Assembly (NCBI GenBank): GCA_963663405.2
Contig: CAXXSM010000133.1
Span: forward strand, 1-63,106
DNA: 63,106 bases
DNA from: a bacterium
GTDB taxonomy: Bacteria; Hinthialibacterota; Hinthialibacteria; Hinthialibacterales; Hinthialibacteraceae
Direction: 5' to 3'
The stretch's first letter is position 1. Every line of letters starts with the position of its first letter. The position numbers and the translations under genes were made by a program. The notes below the pieces were generated by a model. The model made no database searches, was not told where the DNA came from, and saw only the letters and a list, made by a program, of their open reading frames with translations. Below, piece after piece: positions 10,409 through 19,286 of the stretch.

Positions 10409-11941
10409 TTATGAAGCGGCTTTTTTCGAGAGCGCATGACAGGCGTCCCGGATTCCTGGATAGAGCGAATGAAACACCTGATAGTACTCCTCGTATTCCT
10501 TCATACGTCCGCTGTCCGGTTCGGTTCGTTCGGTAACAGCGATCACGGCGTCACAGGCTTCAGGAATGGAAGAATAGACGCCTGTTCCCACACCGGCCAT
10601 AATCGCCGCGCCGAAACTGGGGCCTTGATCCGATCCGATCGACGCGATTTCACACCCATAAATATCCGCCTGCAGCTGACGCCAAAACGGGCTCTTTCCC
10701 CCGCCGCCGGTCGCGCGGATTTCGTTGATCTCCACACCCAGCGAGCGGATAATTTCCAGCGAATCCCGCATGGCGAAGGTGATCCCTTCCAACACCGCGC
10801 GGACCAGGTGACTGCGTTGATGGCGGATCGTTAATCCGATAAATCCACCGCGCGCGAACGGGTCTTTCAAGGGTGACCGCTCGCCTGTCAGGTATGGCAG
10901 AAAGAGAAGCCCTTCGCTGCCGGGAGGCGCTTCTTTCGCCAGATCCGTCAACACATCGTAGGGATCGCGCCCTTCCTGCTCGCCTTGCGCCCGTTCCGAA
11001 TCGGCGATTACATCCCGGTACCACCGCAGCGACATGCCCGCCGAGAGAACGACTCCCATCAGATACCACATCTTCGGTACCGCGTGACAAAACGTGTGAA
11101 TACGCCCTTCCGGATCGACGGCCCCCGCTTCGGAGGGCGCGACGACTGTGCCGCTCGTTCCGAGCGACGCCGCCACCCGCCCTTCGATCACCACACCGGT
11201 TCCTGTCGCGCCACAGGCGTTATCCGCGCCTCCGCCCACGACGGGCGTCCCGGCGGCCAGTCCGGTTATCTTCGCGATTTCGGGAGTGATGGTTCCGCAG
11301 ACATCCGTGGCTTCATGCATTGAGGGCATCCATTCACGAGGAATTTCCAACTCATCGAGAATCTCATTGCACCAGCCGCGCTCGCGCACGTTGAAGAGCA
11401 GCGTCCCCGCTCCATCGGACACTTCCATCGCTAGTTCGCCCGTTAGACGATAGCGGACATAGTCTTTCGGAAGAAGCAGTGTTTTTGTCCGTTTGAAATT
11501 TTCCGGCTCTTTGTTTTTAAGCCAAACCGCTTTCGGCGCAGTGAATCCCGTTAATGCGGGATTACAGGCCAATTCCTGCAGCCGTTCCGCGCCGATGACG
11601 CGGGTGATCTCAATACATTCATCAGCGGTGCGGCTGTCGTTCCACAAAATCGCGGGGCGCACAACTTCGTTTTTCTCATCCAAGAATACCGAGCCATGCA
11701 TCTGGCCGGATAAACCGATCCCCTTGATCTCACTTGGATTCACGCCGCTCTGATCGACAACCGCTTTCAGCGTATTCACCGACGCCCGCACCCAATCTTC
11801 CGGCTCCTGCTCAGTCCATCCCGGATGTGGCGTATGCAGTGGATACTCTTCCATCACGCTGGCAAGCGCTTTTCCTTCTTCGTTAAACAGAACCGTCTTC
11901 GTCCCCGACGTTCCCACATCGATACCAATTAAATAGGCCAT
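10409..11941 (-). CDS. xylB: Xylulokinase (FGGY carbohydrate kinase)
   Basis: IGIDVGTSGTK, SGQMHG, ILWNDSRT, GGADNA, LPYLTGERSP, RAVLEG, GGGGKS. Confidence 0.9.
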   Translation of the reverse strand: MAYLIGIDVGTSGTKTVLFNEEGKALASVMEEYPLHTPHPGWTEQEPEDWVRASVNTLKAVVDQSGVNPSEIKGIGLSGQMHGSVFLDEKNEVVRPAILWNDSRTADECIEITRVIGAERLQELACNPALTGFTAPKAVWLKNKEPENFKRTKTLLLPKDYVRYRLTGELAMEVSDGAGTLLFNVRERGWCNEILDELEIPREWMPSMHEATDVCGTITPEIAKITGLAAGTPVVGGGADNACGATGTGVVIEGRVAASLGTSGTVVAPSEAGAVDPEGRIHTFCHAVPKMWYLMGVVLSAGMSLRWYRDVIADSERAQGEQEGRDPYDVLTDLAKEAPPGSEGLLFLPYLTGERSPLKDPFARGGFIGLTIRHQRSHLVRAVLEGITFAMRDSLEIIRSLGVEINEIRATGGGGKSPFWRQLQADIYGCEIASIGSDQGPSFGAAIMAGVGTGVYSSIPEACDAVIAVTERTEPDSGRMKEYEEYYQVFHSLYPGIRDACHALSKKAAS

Positions 11942-12101
11942 CCTCGCACCTCATCGAATCAGTTTCCCGCTTCATTCCGTACCATAGATTATAAACAGAT
12001 CACTATCTATACAAGAAGCCTGCAATGGGAAGGCAGACTAACGGTAGTCTTTTTGTATGATATAATTCAATAAAATTATATGTTTCATCCGATAAAACGT
12101 A

Positions 12102-12178
12102 CCCAGCCTTGAAAGGCTGGGCTACTATAATATGTCCCTCCGGGACAAAAGAAAATAGCCCAGGATTTTAATCCTGGG
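12102..12178. repeat. REPIN-like triple-hairpin element in a divergent intergenic region
   Basis: CCCAGCCTTGAAAGGCTGGGCTAC (GTAG-REP on the minus strand), GTCCCTCCGGGAC and TAGCCCAGGATTTTAATCCTGGG. Confidence 0.7.
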
Positions 12179-12273
12179 GATGGGTGGATGAAGGATTTTC
12201 ATGGCATGTAGTTTTCAAATGCATTCATTTACAGGATGATCCAATTTTATCAATTCGCGATAGGGAGGCAGCG

Positions 12274-13125
12274 ATGAAACTTGGAATACACGCTTATGCA
12301 TGGTGTTCACAATGGAGCAATGAAACACTGGACTTGATCGATCGGGTGAAGGGATTGGGATTGGATTTTATTGAGATTCCCCTCCTCTGCTTGGAGACCT
12401 TTGATTCAACGGCGGTCCGGAAGCGTTTAGAGCAGGTTGGGCTGGATGTCTGCACATCCACCGTCCTTCTTGGCGATACGGATATCACCAGCGGCGATGA
12501 ATCCATCCGCCGTAAAGGCGTCGAGTATTTGAAAGCCTGCGTTAAAGCCACACAGGAGATCGGCGCGACGAACTTCTCCGGCGTGATCTATTCCCAACAC
12601 GTTAAAGCCGCCCGCAAACGCCCCACGGAAGAGGAATGGGGCTTCTCCGCCGATTGCCTGCGCGAGGTGGCCCAATACGCGCAGGACTTAAACATCCAAA
12701 TCGGCCTCGAACCAGTCAACCGCTATGAAACCTATCTCGTCAACACAGCGGCGCAGGCGGTCCATCTCAAAGAGATGGTCGGAGAACCCAACGTCAAGAT
12801 CCATCTCGACACCTACCACATGAATATCGAAGAGAAGAGCTTCTACGAAGCCACCAAACTTGCGGGAGACGATCTGATCCACTACCACCTCTGCGAAAAC
12901 GACCGCGGAATCCCCGGTACAGGCCTGGTCGACTGGGACGGCATCTTCAAAGCCCTCTCCGAAATAAACTACCAAGGCTACGCCGCCTTAGAATCCTTCG
13001 TCGACTGCACCGACAACATGAACACCTGGGTCTGGCGTCAACTCGCTAAAGACGGAGACACCCTCGTCCGCGAAGGCGTCTCATTTATCCGTTCCATGCA
13101 GGGGAAGTATGGGTTGATTGACTGA
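12274..13125 (+). CDS. Ketose 3-epimerase (D-psicose/D-tagatose 3-epimerase family)
   Basis: EPVNRYE, HLDTYHMNIEE, HLCENDRG and ESF catalytic/metal motifs; GGGAGG RBS. Confidence 0.85.
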   Translation: MKLGIHAYAWCSQWSNETLDLIDRVKGLGLDFIEIPLLCLETFDSTAVRKRLEQVGLDVCTSTVLLGDTDITSGDESIRRKGVEYLKACVKATQEIGATNFSGVIYSQHVKAARKRPTEEEWGFSADCLREVAQYAQDLNIQIGLEPVNRYETYLVNTAAQAVHLKEMVGEPNVKIHLDTYHMNIEEKSFYEATKLAGDDLIHYHLCENDRGIPGTGLVDWDGIFKALSEINYQGYAALESFVDCTDNMNTWVWRQLAKDGDTLVREGVSFIRSMQGKYGLID

Positions 13126-13148
13126 TGTTGCTTTGATTTGGCTTTTTC

Positions 13149-13295
13149 TTGTCTGAATCAGGATAGCCAGGATAAACAGGATATTCAGGATAGGAATTAT
13201 CAAAATGGAAGCAGGTATCAAATGGCAATATCATTGAATAAGGCAGTAAAAAATCCTGGACATCCTATCAATCCTGCGCATCCTGATTCTGACAA
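13149..13295. repeat. 147-bp palindromic MITE-like element with 9-bp periodic arms
   Basis: TTGTCTGAAT-(CAGGATnnn)x4 ... (ATCCT[G/A]nnn)x4-CTGACAA. Confidence 0.85.
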
Positions 13296-13320
13296 AAGGT
13301 AGAACGCCAAAATTCTATCT

Positions 13321-13440
13321 CAGGATATTCAGGATAGGAATTATCAAAGTTGAAGCAGGCATCGAAAGGCAATATTGATTGAATAAGGCAGTAAAAAATC
13401 CTGGTCATCCTATCAATCCTGCGCATCTTGATTCTGACAA
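13321..13440. repeat. Second, 5'-truncated tandem copy of the same element
   Basis: Near-identical to 13177-13295, including the internal spacer and the ATTCTGACAA end. Confidence 0.85.
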
Positions 13441-13497
13441 AATGTATGGAGAGAGCGCTAAGGGTAAAGTTTTTTCTACCCTTGTATAAATCCACAA

Positions 13498-15171
13498 TCA
13501 AATCGATCCACCGAACAGCGTTAAGATTGCTTTAACCGTCTTAGTTATAGGTTCCGCCATAACTGCGATCGTCTTCGCAGCTTCAATAAGCCCTTCCGCC
13601 GTAACCTTTAAAAATCCAGTATCCGGTTTCGAAGAAGCCGCCTCCTCCACAAACGTCTTCAATTTACGAGACACCTGCTGCTGATCGTCTGTATTCTCCA
13701 ATTGTTCACAGAGTTTAGAAACATCATTCGTCAACGCCTTTAAAAGTTCCTGCAATTTATCATTCTTCACTTCATTTACGCGATTGAAACTATGTTCAAT
13801 ATTCTTAGCGGCGATCACGTCACCATTAAATGTGTTTCCATCACCGAATTGGATAAAGGTCGTCTCGCCTTCCATAATCGTCTCCTCTTTATTTTGAGAA
13901 ATACTAACATGACTGTCTCTTATATCCACTAACATTGATGAAGGCTTTTCTGAAGAATAACCTTCCAGTCTTTTCTTAATCTCATCGTTAGTAGCGACTT
14001 TAATAAGAAGCCCCCGGCTTCTACCTTCTTTGATATATTTGACCTCTGCATTTCTAAAACTGTTGAAAATAGAAGGCAGCCGCTCAGCAAATCTCCACTT
14101 ATCAGTGGATTTCGCTGTTTCCATTTTTATAAGATGTGTGGATAATTCCTCCCGCTGTTCTTCAGGAACATTCTTGATAGTCTCTTGCCAATCGATTGCC
14201 TGCGCCTGCAGAAATGGGGCAAGTAGATCGGGAAGGGCAGAATAGATTTCATTATAAATTGTAGCCTGAAAAGTCAATACAGAACCACTGCTTTCATGCC
14301 GATGTCTAGTTAAATGAATTTCCCCGCTTGTTTTTTTATACCATTCTGCAAGATGGAGATGAAAAGCGGCGATTTCATCAGGAGTCAATGAATGGGTGAG
14401 ATAGACTTCAACAATAGCTGGTTGACGAAAAAAGGATCGCGCTTCTTCACCAATAAGTTTATCTTTTCCCTCCTCATCCAGCCATAGTTCTTCCGGTTCA
14501 TAGGGAAGACCCTGTAAATCTTGAATATTGGCATATTTTATAATAGCTTTATTTACAAAAGCATTTGTTAGATCACATCGAATTAATCTAGCTAAAGTTA
14601 GATTCACATTCTCAAAATTGACTTGGTTTAATTTTGTATCAGTTAAATCCGACTCTGTGAGGTTTGTTCCGCTAAGATTAGTATTACTAAGGTCCATTCC
14701 GTTTAAGGAAACATTTCTTAAGTCCACTTTGTTCAGGTGTGCGCCACTTAGTTTTGTTCCGTTAAGGTCCGTTTCATTTAAGTTTGCACCACTTAGATCA
14801 GCACCACGAAGATCCGTGTTACTGAGACATGCCTTACTAAGGTTCGTTCCGCTTAGATTAGCCTTGCTAAGATTCATCTTGTTAAGATTCATTCCACTTA
14901 GATCCAACTTATTAAGGTTCGCTCCACTTAGGCTTGCTCCATTTAGTTTTGCTCCACTTATGTCCGCTCCGTCTAGATTTGCTCCACGAAGATTCGCCTT
15001 TATAAGATCTGCATTGCGGAGGTTTGCTCTACTAAGGTCAGCCAATCTAAGTTTCGCTCCTCTTAGATTAGCTCCATTGAGATCGGGTTTCATTAATGGA
15101 TCAGTTTTTCGCCATTTATTCCATACCTTTACTCCTTTTAATAGTATCGTTAGGTGTATTTCATTTGCCAT
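13498..15171 (-). CDS. Pentapeptide repeat protein with uncharacterised C-terminal domains
   Basis: GV..WN.WR start, then about 180 aa of A(N/D)LxG-type repeats; AT-rich. Confidence 0.9.
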   Translation of the reverse strand: MANEIHLTILLKGVKVWNKWRKTDPLMKPDLNGANLRGAKLRLADLSRANLRNADLIKANLRGANLDGADISGAKLNGASLSGANLNKLDLSGMNLNKMNLSKANLSGTNLSKACLSNTDLRGADLSGANLNETDLNGTKLSGAHLNKVDLRNVSLNGMDLSNTNLSGTNLTESDLTDTKLNQVNFENVNLTLARLIRCDLTNAFVNKAIIKYANIQDLQGLPYEPEELWLDEEGKDKLIGEEARSFFRQPAIVEVYLTHSLTPDEIAAFHLHLAEWYKKTSGEIHLTRHRHESSGSVLTFQATIYNEIYSALPDLLAPFLQAQAIDWQETIKNVPEEQREELSTHLIKMETAKSTDKWRFAERLPSIFNSFRNAEVKYIKEGRSRGLLIKVATNDEIKKRLEGYSSEKPSSMLVDIRDSHVSISQNKEETIMEGETTFIQFGDGNTFNGDVIAAKNIEHSFNRVNEVKNDKLQELLKALTNDVSKLCEQLENTDDQQQVSRKLKTFVEEAASSKPDTGFLKVTAEGLIEAAKTIAVMAEPITKTVKAILTLFGGSI

Positions 15172-15383
15172 TATTTCCCCCTATCTCAAATACATTCTTC
15201 CTATCCTATATATTCCCTCTCGATATCACACCATACTATACAAAAAACATCAAACCCTAAACACACCAAAAATTCCCCCGCTACTCCCCCCCGCTTGAAC
15301 CGCCCTCCCCCCAATGCTATCATACTTCTTTTATATCCAATCCAACAATATTGTTGGATTCTATTATTTGGAGAGAGACTTCA

Positions 15384-16976
15384 ATGACGTTTCGAGTGTT
15401 GGTTAGTGATCCTTTGGCGCAGGAGGGGGTGGATATTCTGCAGAGCCATCCCCAGGTGAAAGTGGATGTTAATACTGGTCTTCCGCCGGATGAATTGGCG
15501 AAGATCATCGGGGAGTATGACGCGATCATTATCCGCAGCGGCACCCAGGTGAAAGGCGAAGTCCTGGAGAACGCGGCGAAGATGAAAGTCATCGGCCGCG
15601 CGGGTGTCGGGCTGGATAATGTCGATATCCCCAAAGCGACCGAACGGGGGATCATCGTCATGAACACCCCCGGCGGCAACACCATCTCCACCGCCGAACA
15701 GACCTGGGCGCTTCTCCTCTGCATGGCGCGCAACACCGCGCTCGCGAATCAGTCTCTCCGCGAAGGCCGCTGGGATCGCAAGAAATACTCCGGCACGGAA
15801 ATCTTTGGGAAAAGCCTTGGTATCGTCGGTCTGGGACGCATCGGCGCTGAAGTGGGTAAACGGGCGCTCGCGTTTGGGATGAAGGTTCTTGGCTACGATC
15901 CATTCCTCTGCGAAGATAAAGTCAAGCAATTCGGATTTGAACCGGTCACGCTGGATGAACTCTTCACGCAATCCGACATCATCACCGTTCACACACCCAA
16001 AACAAAAGAGACTACTCATCTCCTTGACGAACGCGCTTTCGCGAAAATGAAAAAAGGCGTGCGGGTGATCAACTGCGCGCGCGGGGGCATCATCGATGAA
16101 AAAGCCCTCCAGCAGGCGCTCGAAAGCGGCAAATGCGCGGGCGCGGCGCTGGACGTGTACGAAGAAGAACCGCCGACAGCGGAACATCCGCTCATCGTCA
16201 ATGAGACTTGCATTTGTACACCCCACCTCGGCGCCTCGACGTCCGAAGCGCAGATCAATGTCGCCAAAGACATCGCCCGCAACGCTCTCGACGCCCTCAC
16301 CGGCGGCGAACTGCGCAACGCGGTCAATATCCCTTCGATCTCGCCGGAACTGCGGTCGAAACTGGGGCCGTATCTGGGTCTGGCGGAAAAATTGGGCATG
16401 TTCGCTATTCAATACCTTGGCAAACATCCGGATAAAATTGAACTCACTTACTCCGGCCCGCTCTCCCAATACGACACGTCGTTCCTCTCCATCGCAATCC
16501 TTAAAGGTCTGCTGATCCCGATCATGCCGGAAACCGTCAACTTCGTCAACGCGCCGAGTTTAGCTGAAAAACGCGGGATCACGATGACGGAAACGAAAAA
16601 TCCAAAAGTGAATGGGTATACAAACCTGATTGGCGTAAAACTGACATCCAACTCCGAAATCGCCGAAATCTGCGCGACCAATTTTGGTGAAAACGATCCC
16701 CGTATCGTCACAGTCGACGGATTTCACATCGACGCCAAACCATTCGGCAACATCTTATATTTGAATAACGTGGATGAACCGGGTGTGATCGGACACGTCG
16801 GAGCCGTCTTAGCGAAAGGCAACGTCAACATCGCCGATATGACATTGGGCCGGAAAGAGAAAAAAGGCCTGGCCGTAACCGTCTGCAATGTCGATACCCC
16901 CATCCCCGACTCGATTGTTGATGAACTCCGTTCCTACGAACATGTCAAAGAAGTAAAAATCATCGATCTTCGATAG
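15384..16976 (+). CDS. serA: D-3-phosphoglycerate dehydrogenase (type I, ASB plus ACT)
   Basis: GRAGVGLDNVD, NTISTAE, GLGRIG, INCARGG, TPHLGAST, C-terminal DEPGVIG...NIA ACT domain. Confidence 0.95.
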   Translation: MTFRVLVSDPLAQEGVDILQSHPQVKVDVNTGLPPDELAKIIGEYDAIIIRSGTQVKGEVLENAAKMKVIGRAGVGLDNVDIPKATERGIIVMNTPGGNTISTAEQTWALLLCMARNTALANQSLREGRWDRKKYSGTEIFGKSLGIVGLGRIGAEVGKRALAFGMKVLGYDPFLCEDKVKQFGFEPVTLDELFTQSDIITVHTPKTKETTHLLDERAFAKMKKGVRVINCARGGIIDEKALQQALESGKCAGAALDVYEEEPPTAEHPLIVNETCICTPHLGASTSEAQINVAKDIARNALDALTGGELRNAVNIPSISPELRSKLGPYLGLAEKLGMFAIQYLGKHPDKIELTYSGPLSQYDTSFLSIAILKGLLIPIMPETVNFVNAPSLAEKRGITMTETKNPKVNGYTNLIGVKLTSNSEIAEICATNFGENDPRIVTVDGFHIDAKPFGNILYLNNVDEPGVIGHVGAVLAKGNVNIADMTLGRKEKKGLAVTVCNVDTPIPDSIVDELRSYEHVKEVKIIDLR

Positions 16977-17042
16977 AGACTGGAAAGAAGTCCTACAAGA
17001 GGGCGCCCCTGCGCTTTCAAACAACTTCGTGGATATACTAAA

Positions 17043-17070
17043 GAGGGTGGCTGCGGCCACCCTCGTTTCT
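17043..17070 (+). terminator. Hairpin after serA, possible terminator
   Basis: GAGGGTGGC-TGCG-GCCACCCTC followed by GTTTCT. Confidence 0.5.
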
Positions 17071-17093
17071 ATACTGCAAGTGAGGTTGTTATT

Positions 17094-17879
17094 TTGAAAT
17101 CCCCATCTTTTTTACGAATCGGCGGTGTTCCCTACACCAATGGCATGCCGTTGATGGAATGCCTGCCGGATGTTTTGCCAAATGCGAAGATTGTCAACGC
17201 GATTCCATCAGCCTTAAATAAATCCTTGGCGGCGGGAGACTTGGACGTGGCGCTCCTGTCATCTGTTGTTTTACTGAACAATCCTGACTATCAATACATC
17301 CCAAACATTGGCATTATAAGCGATGGGACGGTGCGCAGCGTCGGCCTCTTCACCCGTAAAGAAATTCATCAAATTGAAACCGTCGCCTTGGATGAAAGTT
17401 CTCTCGCCTCCATCATGATGGCGCGCATTCTCTTTACTGAATATTGGAACCAAGCGCCCCGTTTCATCGGATTCCCCCCATCTTGCGAAGGCGGTCTCTC
17501 AAACGCTGACGCTGTAGTCACGATTGGGGACAAGACATTCACGATGTATAATGGAACCGCGCGGCGGATCGATTTGGGGCAAATCTGGAAAGAGTTTACA
17601 AGCCTTCCCTTCGTATACGCCCTATGGGTCACACGCCCCGGAATCGATCCTCTCGAATTGGAACCCTCGTTCAGCGAAGCGAAGCGTCTGGGCCTGCAAA
17701 ACGTCGATCGTATCGCGGAAAAATGTCAAACCCAATTTCCTTCATTACCTAGTGGATTCTTTATGGAATATCTCACGCAAAACCTGAGTTATGATTTAGG
17801 AGAACGAGAAACGAAAGGGATGGAATTGTTTTTCTCAAAAGCGCGGGACTATACAAAACTAAAATATGCATTGAGTTAA
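17094..17879 (+). CDS. mqnA: Chorismate dehydratase (futalosine menaquinone pathway)
   Basis: RIGGVPYTNGMPL, PSALN, GTVRSV, IGD, DLGQIWKEFTSLPFVYALW. Confidence 0.85.
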   Translation: MKSPSFLRIGGVPYTNGMPLMECLPDVLPNAKIVNAIPSALNKSLAAGDLDVALLSSVVLLNNPDYQYIPNIGIISDGTVRSVGLFTRKEIHQIETVALDESSLASIMMARILFTEYWNQAPRFIGFPPSCEGGLSNADAVVTIGDKTFTMYNGTARRIDLGQIWKEFTSLPFVYALWVTRPGIDPLELEPSFSEAKRLGLQNVDRIAEKCQTQFPSLPSGFFMEYLTQNLSYDLGERETKGMELFFSKARDYTKLKYALS

Positions 17880-17904
17880 AAAGACCGCGATCTCTGCGCG
17901 TCTT

Positions 17905-18024
17905 TTGTTTGAACCACGGATGATTTGGAATTACACGGATTGCACGGATTAAAAATCTGTGGATTCCACCCTTATAATTCCTATCCTGTATATCCTTTCA
18001 TCCTGGCAATCCCGATTCAGACAA
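17905..18024. repeat. Variant 9-bp-period palindromic element
   Basis: Left arm TTGTTTGAAC with CACGGAT units. The right arm is the reverse complement of the left arm of the 13149/43141 elements and ends GATTCAGACAA. Confidence 0.75.
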
Positions 18025-18055
18025 AAAACATTATCAATCAGCATAACAAGAACGA

Positions 18056-19220
18056 TCAATCCACCAATTCAAAATAAAATAATCCGCTTTTCCCTGGACA
18101 AAGCAAATCAATATCCCCATCGCCGTCTATATCGCCGATCGCTGGATTTAAGCCGAATCCCGCTTTCGTTCCTTCATCGACAATGTGGCGCGTCCATTGG
18201 TTTTTGGCTTTGTCGTATGTGTATACATAAATACAGAGTGGATCGTTGCCACCGGGATCGTGGCCGTTGTGCGCGTAGTATCGTTTTCCCGTTACTAGTT
18301 CTTCCCGGCCATCTTTATCAAGATCGATGAACCAAAGGTAATGGACCTGTGACCAACTTTTTTCGACCAAATGAGTCTTCCAGCGGTCTTTGCCTTCGCC
18401 CTTGGTCTGCTCCATCCAGAAGAGTCCATAATCATGCCCCATCCCCCAAACGATATCATTTCGCCCATCGCGGTTGACATCGTGGACCAAAACTGGAACG
18501 CTGACGGCCATCGATTCTTTTGACGCGCCGATCCAAAAATCCGGACGCCATGTCCAGGACAATCCGTCTCCATCTTTCTTCCCTTCATACCACCCATTGG
18601 GGCAGATGATATCGGTAACGCCGTCCCCATTCAGATCTCCCGCGCCGATGCCGTGACCGGCGCCTTCTTCCCCGATCATGTGTTTGATCCATTCCGCTTT
18701 CCCAGGAATTTTTTCATACCAGGTAACCTGCCCCATCACGTTGGCGAGAAGATCGCCGGTTCCATTGCCTGTGATATCGTATAGATAGGCGGTTTCAACA
18801 TTTCCAGGCGTATCGATGCTATGCGTGGTCCACGGTTCGTCCGCCTTTCCTGGATTCTCCCGCCATAACACTTCCTTGCTGAACCAAGTCACCGAGACGA
18901 TATCCAAATCCCCATCGCCGTCCACATCTTGGGGAAGATTGGCGAAATCGTTGTAATACCCGCTGCTCGCTTCGATCTCCGCGACAAAGTGTTGTTTCCA
19001 ATCCGGCGCTTCGTACCAATAGGAGCCGCACATTAGATCCATCTTTCCGTCCTCATTGAAATCCCCGATTCCCGCCGCTTCAAACTTCGAATCCGCGTTG
19101 ATTGTATGTTTCTTCCATGTAAAATCAGAACCTTTTTTTCAACGCAGGCTCTTCGGACGCTTGCATCGAAACATGAATGAGACAGATCAAAACGAAAGTA
19201 ATCAACCAAATATTGCGCAT
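18056..19220 (-). CDS. Secreted FG-GAP/VCBS-repeat beta-propeller protein; frameshift in A7 run at 19133-19139
   Basis: Repeated D.NGDG..D motifs. A signal-peptide-like start (MRNIWLITFVLICLIHVSMQA) at 19220 joins the ORF if one A is removed. Confidence 0.8.
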
Positions 19221-19286
19221 ATTCAATCTCTCTTTCTTGAGTGAGTTTTCATTAAATTTATAAGCATATAACGGTTTTACAAAGAT

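Noticed and set aside
12184-12273. Extended N-termini given by the ORF track (epimerase, ParD-like, serA, rimI, hicA, FmdB)
   Set aside because: Downstream ATGs fit RBS or promoter positions and family N-termini better.
13149-13440. Tandem repeats as a CRISPR array
   Set aside because: The spacers are homologous to each other, units are ~120-147 bp, and no cas genes are present.
14528-15298. 256-aa plus-strand ORF with LRFAP repeats
   Set aside because: Antisense shadow of the pentapeptide repeats.
15381-16469. 362-aa minus-strand ORF, and similar long antisense ORFs over gspE, the secretin and the asparaginase
   Set aside because: They fully overlap well-supported genes and have no recognisable motifs.
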